A stretch of 64,000 nucleotides of DNA from contig ML992523.1 in assembly GCA_010093995.1 (NCBI GenBank), forward strand, positions 20,266 through 84,265. Direction: 5' to 3'. Shown piece by piece: positions 22,415 to 33,858 of the stretch (position 1 is the first letter of the stretch; the number at the start of each line of letters is the position of its first letter). A program made the position numbers and the translations under genes. The stretch is from Elsinoe ampelina. Lineage: Eukaryota. The notes below the pieces were generated by a model. The model made no database searches. It worked only from the letters and a program-made list of their open reading frames with translations, and was not told the DNA's origin.

Positions 22415-24299
22415 ATGCTTCATACTCTTCTTCTCTCATTGGCCGCCTGTGCAGGCCAAGTCCTGGCGGGCGATACTACCAAATGGGACAGTCCTGTATA
22501 CAACTATTTGTATCAGTACCCCGTTCCAGTTCCTTCCGTCAAGACACCTGTGACAACCTACACTAAACCCAATGGCCAGAAGATCGAATACTACGAGGTC
22601 GTTATCAAGCCCCTCGAAGCTCAAATCTATCCCAACTTGGGCAAGACGAAGCTCGTTGGGTACGATGGCGAGTCTCCCGGTCCTACCTTCAACATGAAGA
22701 GAGGCACAGAGGCTGTCGTTCGCTTCATCAACCAAGGCACACAAGCAAGTGCTATACATCTTCACGGATCCTACTCTCGGGCTCCCTTCGACGGGTGGGC
22801 AGAAGATTTGATCCCCGTAGGCTCCTACAAGGATTACTTCTATCCGAACGCTCAGGTGGCCAGAACCCTCTGGTACCATGATCATGCCATCGATCACACT
22901 GCGCACAATGCCTATTTCGGCCAGGCCGGCTTCTACATCCTCCACGATGACGAAGAGCTGGCCATTCCCGGTCTCCCTCAAGGCAAATACGACATTCCTC
23001 TTGCCCTCAACTCGAAGCGCTACAATGCTGATGGCACCCTCTGGGACCCAGACACCAACGGCGAGACTCAAAACCTCTTCGGTGATGTGATCCACGTCAA
23101 TGGTCAGCCATGGCCATACCTCAACGTCGAACCACGCAAGTACCGCCTCCGCTTCTTGGACGCCGCAGTCAGCCGATCTTTCATTCTTCGGTTCGAAAGC
23201 GACACTGGGGTCAAGCTCGGCTTCAACGTTGTCGGCTCTGACGCAGGCCTTGCTCTCAAGCCAGAACCTGCTACCGAACTCCAGATCTCCATGGCGGAGC
23301 GCTACGAGGTCGTCATCGACTTTGCAGCGTACAAGGGTCAGAACGTGACCCTCCGCAATGCCAGAGATGTTCAGGCCGATGTAGATTACGCAAATACTGA
23401 CAAGGTCATGCGCTTCGTCGTTGGCCAGACCGTCACCGACACCTCCAAGAACGACAACTTGCCCTCCACCCTTCGCAACGTTGACTTCCCGGCCAACCAA
23501 AACGCAGTCAGTCGCTCCTTCAAGTTCGGACGCTCTGGTAGCGGAGGATGGACCATCAACGGCCTCACCTGGGAGGCTGGCCCAGAAGCCCGCGTCCTTG
23601 CCAAGCCTGAGCGTGGTGCCACCGAAATCTGGACTCTCGAGAACACCTCGGGTGGTTGGTCTCATCCCATACACATCCATCTTGTCGACTTCCAGATCAT
23701 CTCTCGCACTGGTGGCGACCGTACCACTGTCCTGAACCAGGAAAGGAGCGTCCTCAAAGATGTCATCTGGCTCGGCCGGAATGAAGTCCTCAAGGTCATC
23801 GCCCGCTATGCCCCATGGGACGGGCTATACATGGTATGCACTTCTACACCTTATCTACACTTCACAAGCATGCTAACCGTCGTAGTTTCATTGTCATAAC
23901 TTAATTCATGAGGATCATGCCATGATGGCAGCGATGAATGTTACGGCATTGGAAGATCTCGGGTACACCGAGAAGACCCGCTTCCTCGATCCGATGGATC
24001 CCAAGTACATTGCAAAGCCATACACCTCTAGCGTGGGTACTTTGGCCGCAATCAACGACAAGCTTGCCTTCTTCGCCGGCCTCGAAGCTTATGACAACGA
24101 GAAAATCATCGACGACAAGCTCAAGTCATATTGGCTTACCAAGACCAAGACCACAGCACCAGTCACAACAGCACCCAGCGTAAGTACTACCAAGCAAGAG
24201 GACAAGACAAGCACAATCACCTCTGCGGCGGTAGTAACAAGTACAAAGACCACGAAGACGAGCAGCTCAGCGAAACCCTCGTCGACCAAGAAGCGATGA
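22415..24299 (+). CDS. Secreted bilirubin-oxidase-type multicopper oxidase, 2 exons
   Basis: Copper motifs IHLHG, WYHDH, GWSHPIHIHL and M|FHCHNLIHEDHAMM (axial Met). Signal peptide; intron 23834-23885; Thr/Ser/Lys-rich tail. Confidence 0.95.
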
Positions 24300-27152
24300 A
24301 CCACAGCCACGACCAACAGCAGTGCATTCTTGCTTTCGACTATCACGATCTAACGACCATTGCCCCCCCACCTAGCTTTCACGAAGCCCACGATCCTTAC
24401 GAGAAACCTTGCATCAGACACGATTCCCTGAAGCCCTTCACAGTGCATGGTGGTTGGAACGGCGGAGGACGACGGGGCTCCACCACGCCACATTCTCATC
24501 ACTTGTCATCCACTAGTTAGTCACAGAATATAGCTCTGCAGTACTCCTCCCACTTGGAATGCAAGCATTGATAATTCGCCAAAAAAGCCAATCGGTCCTT
24601 TGGCTCCACTGTGAATCTCGTCGGCCACGCCCTCGCTCCAACGTCTCTGCATGCCAGCCATGTGGGTTTCGCCGTCCGTCGTGTGTTTGCTCGCCTGCTA
24701 GCCAGTGCACCTGTCATGCATGCACATGGTCATGCAGCTGCGCGAACTTTTTTCTAGCCTGGCTGCGAGCCCCGGGTAGACCTGCTTGTGTCCCAGAATT
24801 AGCGTGCTGTACGAGAGTTGTGCGGCTGATTTGGCGAATGCGCTATGCTAGCGTTTGGGCGGACGCTATTCTGCCCACTCGAGGCTAAATAATGGCTGCT
24901 GTAGTCTTGCAATCTTGGTTCTGCACCGGTTGTATTGGTCTCAAAATGTTTATCTGCCCTGTGGATCTCGCATGGCATGTGCTGTCTTGACAACAAGCGT
25001 GGGCTGAAAAGCAAGATCAAATGAAGCTGAGAGTTGTTGGTGGAAGTTTGTTGAGCGAGTCAGTGCATGGGATACCAGGCTAATCCAAGCTATGCTCGCA
25101 AGGGATCTGGAACCGGGGCGCTCTGCTTGGCTGGGAAGACGATTGTGGTACAGAAAATGAACTTGTGCGGCGCGAGAGCTAGTACGGGTAGGACAAGATG
25201 TGGTCATGCGTTTTTGGTCTGTGGCATCTAGTGCATGGACGCTGCTCATCGTGACACTTGCTTCCTTCTCTTGGCCTTCGGGAAAGCAATCTCTATCCAC
25301 TTGATCATGGAATTCCCATCTGCGATTCTCCTCCTTGGTATACAGCACCAAGACAGCTTGGAAGACTTGGGAACGCACGTGTGACATGCAATGCTGATCC
25401 TATACGCTCGATTGCCGGAGCCGGTGCAGGTCCTTCAGGAATGGAGTGGGTTTGCGGAGTATGATGCATTGCATCCTCACTGTCCGCAGGGTGGGTGGCA
25501 AGGTGCTGGACCTCGCCTCCAACCAACCTTGGGCAGGGATGCAGTTCTGGTAGGTAGGTACGTACTTCACGAAAGTAGCAAACTGTGGTGTCCTAATCGG
25601 GATACCTTGCCCGTATTTGTTGCTTTCAATGGCATTGTTCCTTCCATTCACTCTGCCGCCTTGTGCCTTGCATAGTGAGACCCCGCCCGCACACGGCGAG
25701 CCGCGCGAGGAAACTCATCTGCAGGCGCAAACTCACCACAAGGCGAACCCGTGCTTTCGGCCGTATGCCCCGCCTGTACACGAGAGCAAACATCGAGCCC
25801 AGATCCTCTTGTCGACTGCCCGAATGAGAATGATGCGAAAGTTCTGTAAATTGGATGGAAAAAAACGACCCGAGATCGTGGAGACGGAGCTTCAAGGGTA
25901 CAGTCGGCTCATGCCAGCAAGCGAGAAGTTTCCGGGGAAGCGGTCTGGGTGAATAATAATGTGAGAGATTATTGTGGGAGATTATTCCAGCAATTGGACC
26001 TCGCTTCATGCACGTCAATATCCATGCAGAGTCCAAGCGCCACCACATGATATCCTGGTGATCAGAGCACCAGATTTAGATCGCTTCTCACCATGTTGTT
26101 CCGTCCTCACATGTACTGTGGCATTCTCGCTTGCCAAACGCCATCTTCTAGGGCATGATCGAATCACACCATGTGGTCAAGAGTACAAAAGTACGAGATC
26201 AGCACTATCAGCTGAACGACCAAGGTGGCGGGATAGTTGACTCAGAACCACGTTGCCTGATAATCCAGATTGGGTCCTTTGGCGCCATTCTTAGCTAGTG
26301 CAGATTACCACTCTCGGCGAACAACGAAACAATCAGGCTCGGAGCTCCAGCGCCAGGAGCGTTCCATGGATTCCTGATTTCGCTTGCGGCCCGCCGCCAC
26401 GGCCCAACGTAGTCTGGTAGAGATTACCTTTTTTCTGCTAGAGTCACGATACACATACAGAGCACCACGAGCCACCTGTTTTCTCCCGGGTTCGGGTCCT
26501 TCTGTTCTCCGCGCCAGTCGGGGCCGAAAGATTTTGTCTTTCGTTTGTCTCGGTACGCTACTCGCGTGAGCTCTTTTCGTGCCCTCTTTCGCTGCTGGTC
26601 CGTCCCTTGGGAGCTAGGTCACGCTTGTCCCGCACCCAGCTGAGAAGCACTGGACCAGTCCACTGGATCCACAGTGGCTTACGCTGGCTGTAGTGCAGAA
26701 CAATTCTTCCGTCGAAATGGCTGGTGGGCGGAATCCCCGGCGACCTACCAGACCCGTCGTATTATTCGCTCGACCCAAACCCAAAGCCATCATGCAACCA
26801 GCGCCTCCCCGCCAATGCTTCTCGCCTCTGGTCTTCTCGTCTGATCTGCTTGGCCTCAATGCTTCGGCGGCCTTGGTCGTGCTTTTCTGGTAGGCCTCGA
26901 GAAAGGCTCCAATAGAGTTGCATCCATTATCTTTCATGTCGATCGGTTGGTGATTCTTGATATAAAGCCATCAAGGAAAGTGCCGTTGATTACAGTCACT
27001 CCCCATCCTCTTTCAAGCCTTGCCTTTCTTCTCTCGGGTATCTCGCACATATCTCGTGTGCACCTCTGCCCAAGAATAGTCACTGCCAGACCCTTGTGTT
27101 CTGCGCCTTCCCGCCGTCTCATTCCACCTTTCTTGCCCCTCACATACCCACC

Positions 27153-28399
27153 ATGAAGCTCATCAGCGCGTCCTTGCTGGTCGCCACGGGCACGATATGG
27201 CTCCCCGCCACATCCGCCTGGCCACACATGAAGAACCAGCTCAACTCGCTTCTCGAACGCGCCCCGCAGGCCACCGGCGAGCAGATCAACACACGGATGC
27301 CGGGCGATTTGAAGAACGGCGCCACCACGGCCGTAGGCCAATCTATCCAGAACATCCTCCTCAAGAAGGAGTCGGGTACGAGCAAGGCGACATACGTGCC
27401 CAACGTTCTCGCTACGCCAGGTTCCAGCCTCTGCAAGAAAGACACATGTGAGTGATACGTCCATGCTTACCTCCTCCAAGCCCGACGCCACTACCTGTCA
27501 ATATTCGCCATCCTTCCCGAAACTTAGCTCATGGCGTTCCCAACTGACTCTCGTAAGGCTGCATCTGGTACCACATCTCCAACGCCATGACAACTTACTT
27601 CACTGGGCTTATCTCGGTCAACGGTCTACCCACCATGAACTGCAACGACGCCTCGCGAGCAGCCATCCGCCTTGCTTTCCACGATGCTGGGACCTGGTCC
27701 GTCCGTCTCGCGGCCCAAGGCCAGGACTTTGGCGGCGCAGACGGATCCATCGCGCTCGCCGCCTCCGAAATCGGGAGGACCGAGAACAATGGCCTGCAGT
27801 CTATCGCAAAGCAGATGATAGCGTGGCAGAAGCAGTACGGCGTCGGCATGGCGGACCTGATCCAGTTTGGGGCAGCGCATGCGGTAGTCACGTGCCCGCT
27901 TGGACCGAGGATGCGTGTCTGGGTCGGACGCAAGGACAGTACTGCGGCTGCACCGGATGGGTTGTTGCCGGACGTGAGAGCCAGCCCAGATAGTCTGATC
28001 GATCTATTCGAGGACAAGACGATCAGTCCGCATGAGCTGGTTGCGTTGCTGGGTGCGCATGGAAACAGCAAGCAGAGATTCTTTGACACTACCAAGGCTG
28101 GAGCGCCACAGGACAGTTCGCCGGGTACTTGGGACACGCTCTTCTACAACCAGACCCTGGACGGGACTGGAAGTAATGTGGTCCGCTTTCCCAGCGACGT
28201 GGCGTTGGCTCAACACCCAAAGTGCTCGGATGAGTGGACCGCTTTCCGCAAGAAGGATGCTCAATCCCACTGGAATGAAGACTACGCGGCTGCGAATACC
28301 CGGCTTTCTATGCTGGGCGTGAACAACATCAACCAGCTTACTGAATGTAGTAAGGTGTTGCCTCCAGCTAAGCCGCTTGGTATCGCCATCATCACCTAG
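27153..28399 (+). CDS. Secreted class II heme peroxidase (AA2, generic type), 2 exons
   Basis: Signal peptide; intron 27448-27557; motifs IRLAFHDA (distal Arg/His), GGADGS, ENNGL, ADLIQF, GRKD, LLGAH (proximal His) and FPSD. Confidence 0.93.
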
Positions 28400-29298
28400 A
28401 CTGGATGAGTGACAAGATCTTAGCTCGACCACCGTCACGCCAGTCATCCCAGCACAAGCCAAAGACAAGAGTATGACGACCCGGTCCGACGGTGTTGCCA
28501 GCTCGATCCTCGGTCGGCATACCAGCTACGACCTCACCAGCCCGACCAGGCCTGATGGTACGTTCCCAACGAATGATGCCCTCTTGTTGGAACCCGAGTC
28601 GTTTGGCCAACGCGATAGAGGGAGCATTCTGAGAATGAGCTTCCCACTTTACCCGACGCAAACCAAGGTCTTCTGGAACGGGATCGAGTAGGTGCTTGAG
28701 GAGGAGAGCATTGGCTGTTGTAGCTACAAAGGTTCGCTGAAACCGAGGGAGGATGAAGAGCTATAATGAGGTTATGAATCACGGATGCATGGTCGGATGG
28801 TATGATTTAGGTAGACTTGATCAATGACAACTTACATGAGCGACTTCCACACTTGCCCATTCTGGCTTTGCTTCGATCAAGCCTGTCAAACCAGCAAACG
28901 TGTCCTGGTCTACGTGAAATTCATGCTTCTCACCAGTGATTGCATCCTTCTTGACAACTGTACCGGCCTTCAGCAAGATTGCAAAGGCTTGTTCTCTCGG
29001 TGATGACATGCGGTCCTTCCAGTACTGAAGCATGTCCACTGTATCGTCATCAGACGGAGAAGAGACATATTGCAGTAGCGCTGGCTGTTGTGCAATTACT
29101 TGCGCTTGTTCAGATGCGAATAGTGGAAGATCGTGCTGCTCGTAGATCAGATTCAGCAGAATGGTCGAGATAGGCAGTGGGAGTCACCTCGATGGGTTCC
29201 AGCCGGAGCCTTTCAGTCTCGAGGCGCGAGTAGTCAAGCGGTAATGCGAAGACGGTCTTGAGACTCTTTTCCTCGTGGGCGTGCATAGCCGTTTCCAT
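28392..29298 (-). CDS. GNAT acetyltransferase (RimJ/RimL-like), multi-exon
   Basis: Segments LETERLRLEP, FAGLTGLI, GLRRVKWEAHSQNAPSIALAKRLGFQQEGIIRW. Internal intron boundaries are only approximately resolved. Confidence 0.8.
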
Positions 29299-29820
29299 GG
29301 CAGGCGGACGACAGGCTGCCAATCTGATGAGGCTTCTGTGTAGCCTTGAGGAGTTCGAACGACCCGGCTAGTGGGTGTACAAAGTAGCAAGGATTATGCA
29401 AGGTATTACAGACAGTGTCGAGAAAGTGTGTCGCGCAGAAGCTCTGGTAGTACCAAAGCCTGGAAGAGCGTGGCCGGAGTTTACCATTAAAATTGAGGCC
29501 GTGACGGAAATGGAGATCCCCACCTTTTCTCAAACTCAATTTGAGGCTCCGGATTTTACTGCAACAATGTCCGCCCCGTCACCATGATGATCACAACTAT
29601 GTGACGGTGTCCGGAGACAATTAGAGTCCGCTGGAGAGGGTATATAGATCAGGAACGAAGGTGACATGCATTCCGAGAGAGACAACGACTAAGCAGAGCC
29701 GCAAGGATACCGCTGTCTCCTGCATTAAGCTTCAACGTCATCGATCGCGAATACCCTGGAAATCACCACTTCCCAGGTGTAGCAGAAACGCAACTCGAAG
29801 ACCTCCATCCGACAGGTAAT

Positions 29821-31000
29821 ATGACTACCACAATTAACGATAAGAAGATTGGCCAGATTGGCTATGGCATGATGGGTACGTCAATAGTTACAGATTCAGC
29901 CACATCGGACGACATTACTAACACAGTATAGGCCTTACGTGGAGAGACAAGCAGGCCACCGATGAAGAAGCCAACAAATGTCTCGAGACAGCCTTCGACA
30001 ACGGCGTCAACTTCTGGAATGGAGGCGAGTTCTACGGTCCTATCGAGCGTAACAGCTTGCACCTTCTCAACACCTACTTTACAAAGCATCCTGAACAGGC
30101 AGACAAGGTTGTCATCTCCATCAAAGGCGGTGGCAAGCCTGGTACACCCATTCCCGATGGATCTCCAGAGAACATCCGCCGCAGCATAGACGAATGCCTC
30201 AAGATCCTGGACGGAAAGAAGTTCCTCGACATCTTCGAGAGTGCCCGTGTCGACCCCAAAGTACCCATCGAGATCACTATTGGAGCCATCGCCGAGTACA
30301 TTAAAGCTGGCAAGGTTGGAGGCATCTCTCTGAGCGAGTGTTCGGCCGATTCGATCCGTCGTGCCGCCAAGGTGCACAAAATTGCAGCCGTTGAGGTCGA
30401 ATTGAGTCTTTGGGCCACGGAAATTTACGACAACGGCGTAGCGCAGACGTGCGCTGAACTGGGAATTCCCATCGTTGCCTATTCACCTTTGGGTAGAGGC
30501 TTCTTGGTAAGCCACATATCTTAGAGTTGCCCCAGCCCCGGCATGCTTGAGCTTATCCACAAGATCCGGGGCTAGCATACTTTCAACGACTCGCCTACTG
30601 ACTTTGGTTTTAGACTGGGCAGATCAAGTCGTTCGACGATCTCCCAGAAGGCGACTTCCGTCGCCATGCACCTCGGTTTCAACCTGGGGTCTTTGAACAG
30701 AACTTGGAGCTGGTGAACAGGCTAAAGGCGATTGCAGACAAGAAGGGTGTGACTCCTGGCCAGGTCGGGCTTTCTTGGGTCTTGCATCAGGGGAAGAAGG
30801 CCGGTGGACCACAGGTCATTCCCATTCCTGGCGCTACCAAGTCGGAACGTATCACCGAGAACAACGTCGTGGTGGAATTATCCTCCGAAGATGAGGCCGA
30901 AATAGAGCGAATCCTGAAGAGCGTCGACATTATTGGGGACAGGTATCCGGAAGCTGTAGCAGCTCTCAACTTTGGCAACAGTCCACCGTTGCAGAGCTAG
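29821..31000 (+). CDS. Aldo-keto reductase, pyridoxal reductase-like, 3 exons
   Basis: IGYGMMG, NFWNGGEFYG, ISIKG, FESARVD, IVAYSPLGRG, IPIPGAT. Introns 29876-29931 and 30507-30613. Confidence 0.92.
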
Positions 31001-31605
31001 TGCCATGACGGAAGGTCAAGATCGAGGCTATCGAGCTCCGATCCGCGCATAGTCCCGCATGTCTTGTTGTGTTGCAGTGGGGGTTCATGGCAGTGGCGGG
31101 GTCGAGGTCAGGGGTCTCAGGGCGAATTTTCCTTTCACTGCTTCTTCTTCCCCTGTCATACAACCCTGATGAAAACTACTTTTACAAGCATTTGATGCTG
31201 TGCGTTTCTCTTTGGCCTTGGTAATTCCTCATGTCTCCTCTGCCGATCTAAATACAGATAGCAGACTTTCAGATTTCCCATTGACATCTGGTAGTATTTA
31301 CACCAACAATCCTACCAGATGCTAACATCAACACGAATTCTTGAGCACCTATAGAGACTTTCAACGTCCAACGTCGACTGTCCGTACGAACCACCATGCC
31401 CTGATCTCAATCTCTTTCCGCTTGCAACGACGGCGAAACGTTACAACGTGAGGTGCGGATGAGATCTATCGGCAGCTGAACCGAACCTTATATCATGTTT
31501 TGCCCACGTTCTCCATTCATTCTTTGCTTGCCTTAGCTTCGCACACCCTGGTCTGCACTTGAAGGACCTCGCGCCCTGACGGCCGAGGTCGTCGCAGCAG
31601 TCACA

Positions 31606-32847
31606 ATGGGTCTCGACAACATGGGTCGAGTATTCCTGCACAATGAGCAGGACATCTCGATGTTCCGCGGCCACATGGACATCTACCAATACTTTACGGC
31701 GGATAAGAGAACATTCGCCATGGTGACATTGGTCATCTCCACTGTGCTTTCGACAATCACAACTCTACTCCGAGTGTATACCAGGACCAGGATCATCAAA
31801 GCATTCGGTAGCGACGATTGGGTCATGGTGACAGCTCAATTGGCATTCTATCACTACCTCGGGTTTCAATTCGCAGAAGTCGTCTACGGCACTGGTCTGC
31901 GACGGTCGCAATTGACCTTGGAGGTGGCCGAACTGGGACTGAAGTATTGGTATTTCTGTGCCATCTCCTATGCTCTCACAACCGCGCTGGTGAAGATCAC
32001 CATTGGGCTCTTCCTCCTTCGTTTCACGACTCACCGACTGCAAAACTTCCTCATCTACCTCATCAATGGCGGCTCGGCAGTGATTGGCACTGGCTACTTT
32101 ATCTTCTTGCTACTGACCTGTCATCCTTTCGACTTCTACTGGAACCTTGATCCCAAAGCGACAGGATACTGTTTCACCGCCACGACATGGCTCAACGTCG
32201 GCTACTTTGTCGCAGCCGTCAATGTCCTCGCCGATGCTGTATTTGCGGTCATCCCTACGTTCATCGTGATCGGTACTACAATGAAGAAGAAGACCAAATT
32301 CGGAGTCTGTATCCTACTCGGTATGGGCTCAGTGTACGTAACTACCAGGATTGTTACTTATCTCGAAGCCCGGCTGACCCTTCCCAGTGCAGTGATAGGC
32401 ACCATCATCCGCACCGTCTACGGCCATACCTTCTCACAATACAAGCACGAATTCCTCTCCGAGACTTGCCTGATCGCCATTCTATCGACCATCGAACTCG
32501 GCCTTGGAATCACAGCTGCCAACATGGCCACCTTTCGACCACTCTTCCACCAATTGCGCACCGCCCGCCCAGGCTCTCCTCGACAAAGATCCAAGAAAAC
32601 CAAGAACGCTCTTGGTACCAATATCCGGTGGATCATGCCGTTCAACATTGTAGGGAATCAAGGTCACAGAAGCCCAGTGCGGCCAGCCGGTCAAACGGAT
32701 CTGATCAGTCCAAACGAGAGCCAGAAGACTGGCAAGACGATCGTGACGGGACGGGAGAGTATAGGAGAGATGCCTGATTTGGTGTTTGCAAGGTTAGAAG
32801 ACCAGGAGAAAGGGGAGGTCGAGCAGCAAGTGGTGAATGTAAGATAG
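31606..32847 (+). CDS. PTH11-like / fungal rhodopsin-domain integral membrane protein (no CFEM)
   Basis: LRVYTR...FGSDDW, VKITIGLFLLR, CHP, D..FAVIP, IELGLGITAANMATFRPL. Probable in-frame 54-nt intron 32334-32387 (GTACGT...CTGAC...CAG). Confidence 0.88.
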   Translation: MGLDNMGRVFLHNEQDISMFRGHMDIYQYFTADKRTFAMVTLVISTVLSTITTLLRVYTRTRIIKAFGSDDWVMVTAQLAFYHYLGFQFAEVVYGTGLRRSQLTLEVAELGLKYWYFCAISYALTTALVKITIGLFLLRFTTHRLQNFLIYLINGGSAVIGTGYFIFLLLTCHPFDFYWNLDPKATGYCFTATTWLNVGYFVAAVNVLADAVFAVIPTFIVIGTTMKKKTKFGVCILLGMGSVYVTTRIVTYLEARLTLPSAVIGTIIRTVYGHTFSQYKHEFLSETCLIAILSTIELGLGITAANMATFRPLFHQLRTARPGSPRQRSKKTKNALGTNIRWIMPFNIVGNQGHRSPVRPAGQTDLISPNESQKTGKTIVTGRESIGEMPDLVFARLEDQEKGEVEQQVVNVR

Positions 32848-33858
32848 ACAGCTGCCATAGAATGATAATGCTGTGGAGGCGAGGCAACCATCGGACGATC
32901 AGGTCTTGAAGGGAGGATTCGGGAAAACCAGGGGAGGATGATTCTATTATGACTATACCCATTTTGTTGTACATGTACGCATTTTTCGACATGTTCACGT
33001 ATTGCGTCGTGATGTGCAAATTGAAGATTTAGAAAAGAAAGAGGTCTGACTGACGCAGATAGATGTTCGATGACAAGCTTCCAAGAGTTCAACGGTATCC
33101 ATGGTCGGAGTTTGAGGGCTTCCGATTTCCGTCTTTGCTGGTAATTAGGGTCTAGAGATGAAGGTTCAAGCATAAGGAACCTCATGCTCTTCATCTGCAG
33201 TTCGATTGAGGTGATACAAATCAGCACACAAGGTTAACTGCTAGACTCGATAGTACGATGACCTAAGCAGCATCGGAATACGTTACAAATCCATCTGCAT
33301 CTTCTCATCAGCAAATAAAGGCGAAATTTCCGAAAGTCCAAGATGCATCCTTGCCATGCCAAGCGTTCCAAGTCGGGCGGTGCTAAGCTGCATCCAATGT
33401 TGTTTGCGTCATCATGTTCAATCTCAAAAAAAACAGTCAAACGATGAATTTGCCGCTCGTTGGGCGCAGGACACGTCTGCGAGTCTATCAATCACCGATG
33501 GGAAACATGAGATGTATTCTCGTGATTCTGCTCGAAAAGACGACACTATTGTCACCCTTCTACAGCGTGGATACTGCAATTCAACCTAGATCTTCCCCAA
33601 GATCTATCATCAACATCGCTTAAACAGGCCGACCAATCGGCCCTCGAATCTGGCCGCCTTTTGACAATTTGACAAGCCGACTGCCGGTCCATTTGTCGTC
33701 TTGTGCTCGTGCTGCACCTCCCGTCTCTTGGGGATGTCGTGTTGACACTGGCCATCATCACGACTTCTCTTCTTCTCCTGTATATCTTTCCCGTCGCCAG
33801 TGCTTTCCCACCCGCACCGCGCCCTTAGTGCGCCGACAACGACTTCGCGAGCATTGTC

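Noticed and set aside
22436..23680. 414-aa antisense ORF
   Set aside because: Shadow of the codon-biased multicopper oxidase.
24300..27150. Numerous short ORFs in the oxidase-peroxidase spacer
   Set aside because: No coding bias, motifs or coherent exon chain visible. A small gene cannot be excluded.
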